64,000 bases of DNA, taken from assembly GCA_032128875.1 (NCBI GenBank), contig JAVLKG010000003.1:641008-705007 (forward strand), read 5' to 3'. The notes beneath the pieces are model-generated. The model was given only the letters and a program-made list of their open reading frames with translations, had not been told where the DNA came from and did not search any database. The position numbers and the translations under genes were made by a program. Shown in pieces: positions 1-10,389 of the stretch (position 1 is its first letter; every line of letters begins with the position of its first letter). This DNA comes from Candidatus Melainabacteria bacterium 17Bon1m (lineage in GTDB: Bacteria; Cyanobacteriota; Vampirovibrionia; Obscuribacterales; Obscuribacteraceae).

Positions 1-1355
1 ATGTCCATGGCGCGCTGATAGAGCGGTTCAGCATCTTCGTACAGTTGCTGACGTTTTAAAATATCTGCGAGTGGATAGAGGCACGAAGCGACATGAGGAT
101 CGTCTGCACCATAACTGCGCTCGCGCAGTTCGACGAGCTTTCTGAAGAGCGGCTCGGCGTCTTTGAGTTTGTTTTGTTGGTAATAGCATGTGGCAAGACT
201 GTACATCGCCGGGTCTATACCGCTGTCGAATTCGCCCAGTAAGCGGCGTTTCATTTCCAGCAAACGTTTAGCATGCTGCTCTGCTACTGCAAAACGCGAG
301 AAGCTTATATAGAAGTTGACCAGATCGCTGAGGTGATTCGCCATTTCGAAGTGATCGTTGCCGAACACTTTTTCCGCGATGGCTAGCGAATCTTTGTAAT
401 GTTGTTCGGCTTGTGCGAATTTGCCGTCTGCTTGATAGACCTTCGCCAGGTCGGTCAAACTGGAGGCAACGTCAGGATGTTGTTTGCCGAGTGCGCGCTC
501 TTTCATCGAAAGAATTCGCTTGTACAACTTTTCCGCCTCGCCTGTCTTGCGCTCTTGCAAGTACATGTCGCCGAGGTGCTTCATGAGCGCCACGACTTCT
601 GGGTGAGTCGGACCGAGGGTAATTTGTTTGCTGGCGAGCTTTCGCTCCAAATATGGCGCCGATTCCTGCGTGCGCCCCTGCAAAGTAAGAATGTCGAGCA
701 GGTAATTGGTTATCGACTCGACTTCGTTGGATTCTTGACCGAGGGCGTTCTCAATCACCGGTAAAGCTCTTTCAAGGCACTGGCGCGCTTGTTCGAGCTT
801 GTTTAATTCCTTGAGGGCAAATCCAAGCTGGTGAAGTGACGAGGCCGTCTCGGGATCATCAAGCCCAAGCGCGCGCTCTCTGATGCGGAAGGCTTTGGTG
901 AAAATCGATTCGGCATCGGTGAATTTCTTCTGGGCCATGTAAAGCAGGCCAAGGTTGTTCAAGCTGGTCGCCACTTCCGGGTGGTCGGGTCCGAGCGCCT
1001 TGGCGTACATTGCGGTGACTTTCCTGCAAATGGGCTCGGCTTTGCCATGTTCGCCCATGAAAAAATAAAGGGCGGAGAGGTTATTCAGGCTGGAGACGAT
1101 GTCCTCGTGACCAGGAATCAGATTGTCTTCGCGCAACTTCAGGGCACGGACGTACAGGGGCTCGGCGTCGGCGAACCTGGACTGCTCGAAGTAAACTTCC
1201 GCAAGGTTGTCGAGCAGAATCGCCAAAGTAAGAGGATCTGACGCAGACTCCGCCTCTAAAAGGGCGGCCCGCATCATCTTCTCAGCCTCTGGAAAGTCGC
1301 CGGCTTGGAAAGCAGCAGCTCCTCTTTCAGCGTATTTCGTCCAGCTCTCACTCAT
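1..1355 (-). CDS. Tetratricopeptide-repeat protein (kinesin-light-chain-like TPRs), 3' end beyond window
   Basis: Not in ORF track; manual translation from ATG 1355 gives MSESWTKYAERG... with repeated 'LGPDHPEVATSLNNLGLLY' / 'LGKQHPDVASSLTDLAKVY' units, open to position 1. Confidence 0.9.
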   Translation of the reverse strand, partial: MSESWTKYAERGAAAFQAGDFPEAEKMMRAALLEAESASDPLTLAILLDNLAEVYFEQSRFADAEPLYVRALKLREDNLIPGHEDIVSSLNNLSALYFFMGEHGKAEPICRKVTAMYAKALGPDHPEVATSLNNLGLLYMAQKKFTDAESIFTKAFRIRERALGLDDPETASSLHQLGFALKELNKLEQARQCLERALPVIENALGQESNEVESITNYLLDILTLQGRTQESAPYLERKLASKQITLGPTHPEVVALMKHLGDMYLQERKTGEAEKLYKRILSMKERALGKQHPDVASSLTDLAKVYQADGKFAQAEQHYKDSLAIAEKVFGNDHFEMANHLSDLVNFYISFSRFAVAEQHAKRLLEMKRRLLGEFDSGIDPAMYSLATCYYQQNKLKDAEPLFRKLVELRERSYGADDPHVASCLYPLADILKRQQLYEDAEPLYQRAMD

Positions 1356-1508
1356 GCCGCAGTGCCAATAGTCCCCGATGTCAGCAGATGGGAGCCGCTG
1401 ACTTACTATCAATTATGCACCGTCGCCAACGTTCTCATTCTCCATTTGAGGAAATTGCGTAATCAAATCTCGACAGCGGTAAACTAAATTGTCAGAAGGA
1501 AGTGAACT

Positions 1509-2588
1509 CTGCGCGATTTTGTCTACAAATCGGAAATTGAATGTCCCGCTCAAACCCTCTATGCGTGGCATCTTCGCCCTTTGGCTTTCGAGCGGCTGAC
1601 ACCGGCCTGGGCCGATGTGCAGGTCAAGGGAGCCCCAAAGAAGCTTGAAAAAGGGCTCAAAATTGATTTAACGGTCCGCAAATTCGGCATCCCTGTCGAA
1701 TGTCAGTTCGTCGTGACCGATCTAGAGACCGATAAGTTTTTCGCCGACCAGCAATTGAAAGGTCCTTTCGCCTTTTGGCGACACGAACATAAATTTGTTG
1801 GGATTTCGGACAGTCGTTCTTTGATGAATGACTCTGTTCAATATTCTTTGCCGCTAGGCTTCCTTTCGGAGGGATTTGCCGGTCCACTAATGGACAAGGA
1901 CCTCGAGAGATTGTTTCGTTATCGCCATGAAATTCTGAAAAATGACCTCTCGGCGTATATGAGAAATCAACATCAACCGCGGATGCATGTACTAGTTTGC
2001 TGCACTCCTGACGCTCTGCGGACACCTCTTGCATCGTATCTTTCGACTCAAGGTCATTCCGTTCTAACTGCCAGTTTTAATGAGAATGCAAATGTGGAGG
2101 ACTATTCTGAAATCTTGAGCCGGCCGATTGAGACTTATATCCATGTAGATGACCTTGGATCTTCGTGTCGCTCGGCAAATCTAGGCATCCTTAATCGCCT
2201 TGTGGAATCTAAACATCTGAAGACATACATTGAGGTTCACGACACACACGATAACTCCAACGAAAATTTCGAGCAGCGTTGTGCACCACTGCGAGCGGCT
2301 TCAGTTAGATGTGCTTACGTTCGCACTGGGGCGATTCTTTCGGCGGCTTTTGGCGTCTTAAAAAACAATGCCAATTGGAAAAGTGAGACACAGCCTTGGG
2401 TTGCCGTTGATGACGTTGCTTCTGCCATTGAATATTGCATGCTCAACGAATCTATTGATGGGCAGATTCATATTTCCGCAAATCAAAAGAAACCGCCAAC
2501 CAAAGAGTTTAGAACCATGCTGGAATGCGGGTATCCATTTAGATACCAATCTTTAACCGCCGCGCGTAAACACGTTCTTGGTCTTTAG
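1509..2588 (+). CDS. SRPBCC domain fused to degenerate TIGR01777-type SDR/epimerase-like domain; probable CTG start
   Basis: Frame open from 1506; 'FVYKSEIECPAQTLYAWHLRPLAFERLTPAW', 'F.D.Q.KGPF..W.HEH.F', 'LERLFRYRH' match SRPBCC-TIGR01777 fusions; AGGAAG SD 6 nt before CTG. Confidence 0.75.
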   Translation: MRDFVYKSEIECPAQTLYAWHLRPLAFERLTPAWADVQVKGAPKKLEKGLKIDLTVRKFGIPVECQFVVTDLETDKFFADQQLKGPFAFWRHEHKFVGISDSRSLMNDSVQYSLPLGFLSEGFAGPLMDKDLERLFRYRHEILKNDLSAYMRNQHQPRMHVLVCCTPDALRTPLASYLSTQGHSVLTASFNENANVEDYSEILSRPIETYIHVDDLGSSCRSANLGILNRLVESKHLKTYIEVHDTHDNSNENFEQRCAPLRAASVRCAYVRTGAILSAAFGVLKNNANWKSETQPWVAVDDVASAIEYCMLNESIDGQIHISANQKKPPTKEFRTMLECGYPFRYQSLTAARKHVLGL

Positions 2589-3154
2589 TGCTTTGCGTAA
2601 AAGAGAACGGCAAGTCCCGAGGAAATTACAAGAAAAATTCCCCAGAAAATCAAAGCGCGCAGGTTCATCGTCTTTTCGTCAATTGAGCGCAACTGTTCTG
2701 CTACAGCCTGATCGACTTTGTAGTCTTCTTCCTTCTCACCAGGCGTAGCGTCCATTGCACGAATACGATTGAGGGTGTTTTTGCCCATCGCCGCTTCCAG
2801 GCTCACAGGCAAATTCGGCATCAAGTTGATTATCTGAGTGATGCGTAATTTCAGGCTCTGATCGAGATCTGCAAGACCATGCTCGGTGTAGTCGTAGTAG
2901 TTGAAGTTGCCTTCTTCTACTTCCAGCAAGCGTTTTATCGCAGGATATCCTGTTTCGTTAGAGCCGTTGATTTTTCCGCCGGTCAAAAAGATGCCGTGAA
3001 AGACGCCAATCTCACCTTCGATTTTTGGCTTCGTTCCGGATATGACCAGAATGCCGCTCTCCACTTTTTGCAATTTCAGAAGAGTCCAAAGGACTTCGCG
3101 TGTTCTTCTGTTCTGCCAGATTTTGCCCGACTGGACGGACCGTGCCTTCGCCAT
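2585..3154 (-). CDS. Hypothetical protein, DUF4388-like N-terminus and C-terminal TM helix
   Basis: ORF with hydrophobic C-terminus 'LRALIFWGIFLVISSGLAVLFY'; start uncertain (3154 or 3169). Confidence 0.6.
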   Translation of the reverse strand: MAKARSVQSGKIWQNRRTREVLWTLLKLQKVESGILVISGTKPKIEGEIGVFHGIFLTGGKINGSNETGYPAIKRLLEVEEGNFNYYDYTEHGLADLDQSLKLRITQIINLMPNLPVSLEAAMGKNTLNRIRAMDATPGEKEEDYKVDQAVAEQLRSIDEKTMNLRALIFWGIFLVISSGLAVLFYAKH

Positions 3155-3250
3155 TGTTACCTGACTCAATTCGTATTACCTGTTTTGCCCAAACTAAGGA
3201 ACAGTAATGAGATCTTAGCGTAGTCCCAATACTGTGGGCTTTATTTCCTC

Positions 3251-4021
3251 TCAAACTTTCAGTGTCAAAGTTACGGGGCAATGGTCCGAACCAAGCACCG
3301 CTGCTTCGATTGTGGCGTGCTCTGCCATCTTTTCCAGCGCTTTGTGGATGAAGAAATAATCGATGCGCCATCCAACATTGCGCGCTCTTGCGTTTGTCAT
3401 CATATGCCACCAAGTGTAATGGTTTGCATCTTTGTTGTATATGCGAAACGTATCGAGGTGTCCGGCCTTTTCGAAGCGGTCCATCCAATCACGTTCTTCA
3501 GGCAGGAAGCCGGATATGCGGTGATTGTCTTTCGGGTGTGCAAGATCGATTTCTTTGTGCGCGGTGTTGAAGTCGCCGCAGACGACCAGCCGTTTTCCTT
3601 CTTTCTGCAACTTCTTCGAGTATTGGAGGAAAGCTTCGTAAAATTCCATCTTGTACTTAAGCCGCTCAGGGCTTGCTTTCCCGTTGGGGAAGTAAATATT
3701 TGCCAGCAAGAAATCGCCGTAGTCTGCAATGACAGTGCGCCCTTCGTTGTCGAACTTTGCGATTCCAAAGCCGTTTAGAACTTCCTTTGGTTTCTCGCGA
3801 GTGTAAATTGCGACTCCGCTGTACCCTTTCTTCTCCGCGTGGCTGAAGTAGGCTGTGTAGCCTTTGCGCTCCATCAATTCTTTAGTCAATTGGTCGGCGC
3901 CGATTTTGGTTTCTTGCAAGCAAACCACGTCATATTTCTCTTTTTCTTTCCACTCGAAAAAGCCTTTTTTGGCGATTGCTCGCAAGCCGTTGACGTTCCA
4001 GGATGCAATTCTGAATTTCAC
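3251..4021 (-). CDS. xth: Exodeoxyribonuclease III / AP endonuclease
   Basis: SWNVNGLR, LQETK, GDFNTAH, GWRIDY, SDHCP motifs. Confidence 0.96.
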   Translation of the reverse strand: MKFRIASWNVNGLRAIAKKGFFEWKEKEKYDVVCLQETKIGADQLTKELMERKGYTAYFSHAEKKGYSGVAIYTREKPKEVLNGFGIAKFDNEGRTVIADYGDFLLANIYFPNGKASPERLKYKMEFYEAFLQYSKKLQKEGKRLVVCGDFNTAHKEIDLAHPKDNHRISGFLPEERDWMDRFEKAGHLDTFRIYNKDANHYTWWHMMTNARARNVGWRIDYFFIHKALEKMAEHATIEAAVLGSDHCPVTLTLKV

Positions 4022-4142
4022 TGTCGATACCGATTTTGCATGTATACAGAGTCGTAGTTATGAGCCACAACTCTGTATTAAAACGTGCCCAAAGCCCTGA
4101 TGGGGACTTCTTTGCAAATTGTTCTTCATTTGGCGGATAAGA

Positions 4143-4173
4143 AAAAGCGTCACACTTCACGCGTGACGCTTTT
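4143..4173 (-). terminator. Intrinsic terminator downstream of ald
   Basis: AAAAGCGTCAC-N9-GTGACGCTTTT inverted repeat with T-tract on minus strand. Confidence 0.75.
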
Positions 4174-4201
4174 CGATATTTCTATGGCGATTAAACCGTG
4201 A

Positions 4202-5302
4202 TTACTTGGCGGTTGCCAATGAATCGCAAGCTTCTTTGACGCCCGGATGGACGATTTCGCCTTCGTGGATGTTGACGCCGAGAGCCAGTGCCGGATCGTC
4301 GAGGCAGGCTTTGTAGCCCAGCTTGGCGAGCTTCAATGCGTAAGGCATTGTGGCGTTGGTGAGGGCTCTGGTCGAGGTCCACGGTACTGCGCCAGGGATG
4401 TTGGCGACGCCGTAGTGCACAACTCCGTCCACAACGTAGATGGGGTCTGAGTGCGTTGTTGCGTGGATGGTCTCGATGCAACCGCCCTGGTCGACTGCGA
4501 CGTCGACGATGACGGAACCTTCTTTCATCTTCTTGATCATGTCTTTGGTGATGACGCGCGGAGCGGCTTTACCAGGGAGCAATACTGCGCCGATGACGAG
4601 ATCTGCACTCGGAAGTGCTTCTTCGAGGTAGTGTCCGACCGAGAATACGGTGCGCACTTGACCGTTGAAGATATCGTCGAGGTAGCGCAAGCGCTCAAGG
4701 TTGACGTCGAACAAGGTAACGCGAGCGCCGAGACCGAGAGCGATCTTCGCTGCGTTTGTTCCTACGACGCCACCGCCGATGATGATGACGCGACCCGGCT
4801 CAACACCAGGAACGCCACCCAGGAGAATACCGCGGCCGCCCATTGGACGCTCGAGGTAGTTGGCACCGATTTGTGCGGACAAACGTCCAGCGATTTCACT
4901 CATTGGTGTGAGCAAAGGCAGTGAGCCGTTTGCCAATTGAACTGTTTCGTAAGCAACACAGGTAGCGCCTGTCTTTGCCAGGTCGTGAGCCAGTTTTGGC
5001 TCAGCTGCCAGGTGCAAGTAGGTGAAAAGCAATTGGCCTTTCTTCAGCATTGCCACTTCGCTTGCTTGCGGCTCTTTTACCTTCATGATCATGTCCGATT
5101 CGCCGAAAACGCTCTTCGCATCAGGCAAAATCTTTGCGCCTACTTTTTCGTAGTCTTTGTCACTGATACCACTGCCGACACCAGCATTCTTCTCAACATA
5201 CACGGTATGTCCGGCTGCAACCATGGCGGCGGCTCCTGCCACAGTCAGGGCAACGCGATATTCGTTGTTCTTGATCTCTTTCGGTACACCAACCTTGGAC
5301 AA
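4202..5302 (-). CDS. ald: Alanine dehydrogenase
   Basis: [38 protein letters not shown] start after GGAGG. Confidence 0.97.
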   Translation of the reverse strand: MSKVGVPKEIKNNEYRVALTVAGAAAMVAAGHTVYVEKNAGVGSGISDKDYEKVGAKILPDAKSVFGESDMIMKVKEPQASEVAMLKKGQLLFTYLHLAAEPKLAHDLAKTGATCVAYETVQLANGSLPLLTPMSEIAGRLSAQIGANYLERPMGGRGILLGGVPGVEPGRVIIIGGGVVGTNAAKIALGLGARVTLFDVNLERLRYLDDIFNGQVRTVFSVGHYLEEALPSADLVIGAVLLPGKAAPRVITKDMIKKMKEGSVIVDVAVDQGGCIETIHATTHSDPIYVVDGVVHYGVANIPGAVPWTSTRALTNATMPYALKLAKLGYKACLDDPALALGVNIHEGEIVHPGVKEACDSLATAK

Positions 5303-5498
5303 GGTTCAGCCCTCCATATGTGTTGTAAGAATGCGACTTCCTAAAAAAATGCGTAAAGTCGCTAAAGCCCGTAAATTCTAGCCTGACAATATGACTATTG
5401 GATATTGTCTTGATACTTGTTTTAGTTTTTGCGAGTATTTCGGACTTATGGTCAGGTTTTGCGGGTTTGGCAACCCGGTTTATAAGGCGGCGTGAGAA

Positions 5499-6692
5499 AT
5501 GGCAGAGAAGAACGGTAAGGGCGCACTCGTAGTAGTGTCGGGTGCTAGAACGGCTTTTGGTTCGTATGGTGGAGGGTTGGCGTCTCAAACGGCTACCGAC
5601 CTGGCTGTTGCGGCTTCCAAAGGAGCTATCGAAAGGGCCAAAATCGACCCGGCGAAGGTTGATGAGGTTGTTATGGGCAACGTGCTGCAAACGAGCAAGG
5701 ATGCCATTTATCTAGCCAGGCACGTCGGCTTGCGCTCCGGCATGAAGCAAGAAAGCCCGGGGCTTATTCTCAACCTGCTTTGCGGCTCAGGTGTGAAGGC
5801 CGTAGCTACTGCAGAAATGCTTATCGATGCGGATCAAGCACAGATTGTTCTGGCTGGCGGAACCGATTCGCTTTCCATGACCCCTTACATGAGCTGGGCG
5901 ATGCGTTGGGGCGGTCGTATGGGCGCCACCGAGATGTTCGACGGGCTTGACATTCGCGACACTCTGCCGAATGCCTCTATGGGCGAAACAGCGGAGAACC
6001 TGGTCGAGAAGCACAAAATCACAAGAGAAGAGCAAGACGCTTTTGCCGTTGAATCTCAGCAGCGCGCCAAGAAGGCTCAAGATGCCGGCGTTTTCGCTGA
6101 CGAGATCGTCGCGATGGAAGTGGCAGCCGGCAAAGGAAAAACCAAAGTCATCGACAAAGACGAGCACATGCGCCCCGAGACCACAGTTGAAGGTCTGGCG
6201 AAGCTCAAGCCGGCATTTAGAAAAGGTGGTTCCGTAACTGCCGGAAACGCTTGTGGCATCGTAGATGGTGCCGCTGCTCTGATTGTCACCCGCGAGAAGA
6301 TCGCCGAGAAGCAAGGACTGGAGCCGATGGTGAAGGTACTTTCCTGGGCTGTCGTGGGCGTGCCTCCGGAGATCATGGGCATTGGTCCGGTTCCTGCCAT
6401 TCCTAAGGCTCTGGAAAAAGCCGGTCTCAAAATGGAAGATATCGATCTTTTCGAAATCAATGAGGCTTTCGCTGGACAGTATCTTGCTTGCGAGAAAGAA
6501 CTAAAACTCGATCGCAGCCGTGTGAACGTGAATGGTGGAGCGATTGCACTTGGACACCCGTTCGGCGCAACCGGCGCGCGTTTGATTCTAAGCATGGCAC
6601 TCGAATTGAAACGCAGAAAAGCAAAATATGGAGTCGTCAGCCTCTGCATCGGCGGCGGCATGGGCATCGCCATGGTGCTCGAACGCGTTTAG
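5499..6692 (+). CDS. Acetyl-CoA C-acyltransferase (thiolase)
   Basis: LCGSG, NEAF, GHPFGATG, CIGGGMG catalytic motifs. Confidence 0.96.
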   Translation: MAEKNGKGALVVVSGARTAFGSYGGGLASQTATDLAVAASKGAIERAKIDPAKVDEVVMGNVLQTSKDAIYLARHVGLRSGMKQESPGLILNLLCGSGVKAVATAEMLIDADQAQIVLAGGTDSLSMTPYMSWAMRWGGRMGATEMFDGLDIRDTLPNASMGETAENLVEKHKITREEQDAFAVESQQRAKKAQDAGVFADEIVAMEVAAGKGKTKVIDKDEHMRPETTVEGLAKLKPAFRKGGSVTAGNACGIVDGAAALIVTREKIAEKQGLEPMVKVLSWAVVGVPPEIMGIGPVPAIPKALEKAGLKMEDIDLFEINEAFAGQYLACEKELKLDRSRVNVNGGAIALGHPFGATGARLILSMALELKRRKAKYGVVSLCIGGGMGIAMVLERV

Positions 6693-6704
6693 AAGGCAAC
6701 TGCC

Positions 6705-6762
6705 GGAGCGCCTGCTTCTAGCCGGCTTTTGAAGCAAAATGCCGCCAGGATGGCGGCGCTCC
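6705..6762. repeat. REP-like inverted-repeat pair (GGAGCGCC...GGCGCTCC type)
   Basis: GGAGCGCCTGCTTCTAGCCGGC-N14-GCCGCCAGGATGGCGGCGCTCC just after thiolase stop. Confidence 0.6.
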
Positions 6763-6795
6763 CTAGGGCTCAGCCAGTGAGGATTTCTGAACAAC

Positions 6796-6821
6796 AAAAA
6801 AGCCGCCAAAGTGACGGCTTT
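6796..6821 (-). terminator. Probable intrinsic terminator between convergent genes
   Basis: AAAAAAGCCG-N9-CGGCTTT. Confidence 0.6.
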
Positions 6822-6864
6822 CAATCAATTTGCTAGAAGTCAGAAATCGGAATTCTACAATTCG

Positions 6865-7185
6865 CTAGCTTCCCCAGTAGGTTACGTAGGGATTGGGCTT
6901 AGTCGCTTTCGGCTGTTCATAGCCCTCGCGAGTGTAGACATACTTCTTCTCTTCGACTTCTTTCTTTTTCTTCTTTGACTTTGCTTCAGCTATTTGGGGC
7001 TGACCATTCACGTAAACAGCCGGAGTGAGCGAAGGAGTGTAAGCGGGCGGCGGCGGAACGAAGTAGCTTCTAGAGCCGCTTCTCTTTTTGCCTTTCGCTT
7101 CAACATCTTGAGCGCACACGAGATTAACCGACGTTGCCACCAGAGCTAGCATAGCGACGTACAAGGAAGGATTCCTAAAGACCAT
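6865..7185 (-). CDS. Hypothetical secreted Pro/Lys-rich protein
   Basis: Signal-peptide-like N-terminus, SD-like GGGGGT. Confidence 0.7.
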   Translation of the reverse strand: MVFRNPSLYVAMLALVATSVNLVCAQDVEAKGKKRSGSRSYFVPPPPAYTPSLTPAVYVNGQPQIAEAKSKKKKKEVEEKKYVYTREGYEQPKATKPNPYVTYWGS

Positions 7186-7384
7186 AAAAGACCCCCGTAC
7201 CCGGAGTTCTGATAACTCCGGTCATCAAGAGCAGACCATAAGTAATCTTACCATCTAGGTAACGCATATAGGGTGAGATATAGTTACCGCGTGATGAACA
7301 CAACGCACAGCCCTGCTGAGTTTCAGCAGATTGAAACAAATCTCACAGCCGCTTTACATCGGCGATCGATTGTCTGATATTGAA

Positions 7385-7792
7385 CTATCTGGAAGTCGTA
7401 TCTTTCGTCCAGCGAGTAGCACGGCGGATTTTGCTTTGCTGGTCACTGCTATCCACGTTGTGAGCATTCACTGATGGATCCCAGGTGGCTACGGACTCAC
7501 CGAACCACACCTGCAAATCATTGCAAGTTTTGGAAGCCGGCAATTTGTGAGTAGGGGTGGGCGCAGGCATTTCGCCTGTCATCTTGCTGCGAGCTTCCTC
7601 AGCGATTTGAATCACTTGAGGTTGATGCTCGTGCAAAGGCTCGGCCGGTTGGTAAGCCTCTAGACGGTTAAAAGTATCCTTCCAGATTGTTTTAAGTTGC
7701 TCAGGCTTTTCAGCTTTCTCACTTTGCTGGGAGTTCGTTTTCAGCCATTTAAAAGTGAAAAAGTCGATTAGAGCTTGACGCCAAGTACACAT
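7385..7792 (-). CDS. Hypothetical protein
   Basis: 135 aa ORF with GAGGAG SD. Confidence 0.65.
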   Translation of the reverse strand: MCTWRQALIDFFTFKWLKTNSQQSEKAEKPEQLKTIWKDTFNRLEAYQPAEPLHEHQPQVIQIAEEARSKMTGEMPAPTPTHKLPASKTCNDLQVWFGESVATWDPSVNAHNVDSSDQQSKIRRATRWTKDTTSR

Positions 7793-7878
7793 AAAAAGCT
7801 CCTCTCAGTACATAAGGCTGCCTGAGATATGCCCATGACATACGGGCGGTAACTTTTTGGTCTTGGAAATTAAAAAGA

Positions 7879-8559
7879 TTAAAGACTGTTTATATTCAGT
7901 AACGGCAAAACTTCGCCGAATGCACCTTCATTTTCCGGATCGCAATCGATCAGCGATGCCAGAGGCGGCATTTCGGAATGAATTTCGTTAGCCAGCTCCA
8001 GCTTGAGCTGATACTCACTGGGTGGCTCGAAACATGAAAGGCAGCGGGCTTCGTACTGGGCGTCGCCGACCAAAATCTGCTCGTTGGAATTGACCATACG
8101 CTGGGTGCGGCAGGCGAAATCGGAGCCACATTTGCGACAGACAGCCAAAAGCTTGTCTACGCGGTCTGCAATCGCCAGTAGTTCAGGGATTGGACCGAAA
8201 GGTTTGCCTCTGTAGTCCAGGTCCAAGCCTGAGGCAATAATCTTCTTTTTCTGGCGTAGGAGCGCCAAAACAACTTCAGGCACATCTTCGGAAAAGAATT
8301 GGCACTCGTCCATGCCGATCACGACTGCATGAGACGAATACTTCAAAATGTCCTTGGCTGTCTCTACAACAATAGCTTTGGAAGCGAGACCATTTCGCGA
8401 CTCTATTTGATTAGGCTTCGAACGCGTATCGGTAGCTGGGCGCACAATAATAGTCGGAAGATACGCCAGGCGGGCGCGTTCTATTCTGCGAATGAGTTCG
8501 CTGGATTTCCCAGACCTCATGCAGCCGACGATCATCTCGAATCGATATCCAGTCAGCAT
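7879..8559 (-). CDS. tdk: Thymidine kinase
   Basis: GCMRSGKS P-loop, DECQF, LDYRGKPFG, CxxC...CxxC zinc site. Confidence 0.93.
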   Translation of the reverse strand: MLTGYRFEMIVGCMRSGKSSELIRRIERARLAYLPTIIVRPATDTRSKPNQIESRNGLASKAIVVETAKDILKYSSHAVVIGMDECQFFSEDVPEVVLALLRQKKKIIASGLDLDYRGKPFGPIPELLAIADRVDKLLAVCRKCGSDFACRTQRMVNSNEQILVGDAQYEARCLSCFEPPSEYQLKLELANEIHSEMPPLASLIDCDPENEGAFGEVLPLLNINSL

Positions 8560-8774
8560 AAACTCGGATCTACCTCGAAAGTGTTTCCTAAAGGGTGCGC
8601 GAAGATTCAAATATTACCGAAAAACCGGCTGACAATACCTGAAGAAAACGCCCTCCTCAGTTTCATATTTCTTCATATGAAGTAAACGTCAGTGCAGCTT
8701 TGTAAGGCAGACAACACGAAAAAGTCGTGCAATAATGCGCCCCGCGATCGTTTAGATATGCGATCTGTACAGCC

Positions 8775-10238
8775 TCAGCTTGCACCGCCGGTGGTGTCAG
8801 GCTCTTCTGCAGAAGAAAACGCGGCATTCATCCCGGTCAATTCTTTATATGAAAGCATGCGGTCCAATTCCTCTTTAGGAATGAGGCCGCGCTGAGTTAC
8901 GAGTTCTTTCAAAGTCAGATCGGCTTGTTCCGCCTCGCGGGCCAACTCTTGGGCAGGCTTATCGCCCAGGCGTTTGCTGACGACGGCGAGCACAACTCCT
9001 GCTTCTTCCATCTGCAAATTGCATGCGGAATGATTGGCTGTAATCGCGCGCAAATACTTACTGTTGAACGGTTCAATAGTGCTGCGCAGCAAATCTACCG
9101 ATTGAAGAATGTTGTGAATGATGAGCGGTGTCATCACATTTGATTCGAATTGTCCTGACTGGGCGGCCAGTCCGACTACTATGTCATTGCCGAAAACCTG
9201 ACTGGACGCCATGTTGATGCATTCGACCAAAGTTGGAATGCGGCGATTAGGAAGTGTGTTCGGGCGAATGAGAGAACGTTCGACAATCAATTCCGGCGCA
9301 GTGATTTCGCTCAGGCCTGTGCGCGGACCTGAGGAAAGCAGGCGCAAGTCGTTGCCAATCTTCGTGAGTTCAATTGCGAGTTCTTTCAATGCTGAGGAAA
9401 ACTCGACAAAATCGGACATTGACTGAGAAATGCGGAAGAAGTCATCCGATTGGCGCAAGCGTATTCCTGTGTATTGCGAAAGCCGCTCCACTGCTGCATG
9501 TATGTATTGGCTGTCGGCCCCGAGTCCAGTGCCCACATGAGTGGCGCCGATGTTCAACTCTGTAAGACTGACGCTCGCTTCTTTCAAGCGCTTCAAGCAG
9601 CGCTCAATGGATGAACCGAACGCGTTGAATTCCTGACCCAGCGTGATCGGCAGTGCATCTTGCAAATGCGAGCGTCCCATTTTGATGACGCGTTCAAACT
9701 CTAGCGATTTGCGCCTGAGCAGGCGTTCTAAATCTAGAAGGACGGGTTCGAATTCCTTTGTGGCAAGCAACACTGCGATGCGCATAGCGGTTGGAAAAAC
9801 ATCGTTTGGCGATTGTGCCATGTCGACGTGTTTGACCGGATGTATCGTATCGTAGCTGCCCAGCGCGCCACCGAGGATTTCCTGTCCACGATTGGCAAGC
9901 ACTTCGTTGACATTGATATTAAGGGCGGTGCCTGCACCAGAAGAAAGGATTTCCAGGACGAATTGATCGCGCCATTGTCCGCCGCACGCTTCATCTGCCG
10001 CCTGCATGATGGCGCGTGCGACTGAAGCATCCAGCCGCTTGCAGTCGAGATTTGCCTGAGCGCAGGCTTTCTTCACCAAGAGTAAGGCATCGATCAGCCT
10101 TGGATGGACTTTCAGTCCGCTTGTCGGCAGTATTTCTTTGAGCCTGAATGTGTTGGCGCCATAGTAAGCCTTCGCGGGCAGGAAAACTTCTCCCAGCTCG
10201 TCTTTCTCAACTCTGACGTCAGCTCTTTTAGTTACCAT
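8775..10238 (-). CDS. Aspartate ammonia-lyase/fumarase-family protein with degenerate catalytic loop
   Basis: YYGANT, NEVLAN, GRSHLQDA, LLSSGPRTGL present, but GSSIMPGKVNP signature replaced. Confidence 0.85.
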   Translation of the reverse strand: MVTKRADVRVEKDELGEVFLPAKAYYGANTFRLKEILPTSGLKVHPRLIDALLLVKKACAQANLDCKRLDASVARAIMQAADEACGGQWRDQFVLEILSSGAGTALNINVNEVLANRGQEILGGALGSYDTIHPVKHVDMAQSPNDVFPTAMRIAVLLATKEFEPVLLDLERLLRRKSLEFERVIKMGRSHLQDALPITLGQEFNAFGSSIERCLKRLKEASVSLTELNIGATHVGTGLGADSQYIHAAVERLSQYTGIRLRQSDDFFRISQSMSDFVEFSSALKELAIELTKIGNDLRLLSSGPRTGLSEITAPELIVERSLIRPNTLPNRRIPTLVECINMASSQVFGNDIVVGLAAQSGQFESNVMTPLIIHNILQSVDLLRSTIEPFNSKYLRAITANHSACNLQMEEAGVVLAVVSKRLGDKPAQELAREAEQADLTLKELVTQRGLIPKEELDRMLSYKELTGMNAAFSSAEEPDTTGGAS

Positions 10239-10389
10239 CGAACAATTGGAAAACCGTATAAGTCGAAGGGCCGCCACGGAAAATGTCCGTCAAGAATAAC
10301 TAAATAGAAATAGTCATAGATCCAGTATTGAGTAAAACAAATCTCAAAGAGCCCGAATCATAGTATTCCTGCGGCTCATGAAAGAGGTG

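Noticed and set aside
399-1487. Plus-strand ORFs 399-764, 981-1241, 1305-1487
   Set aside because: Shadows of the minus-strand TPR gene
7201-7221. Hairpin CCGGAGTT-N5-AACTCCGG (also CGCCACTG-N4-CAGTGGCG at 53522-53541)
   Set aside because: Single short hairpins with no U-tract or second copy; function unsupported
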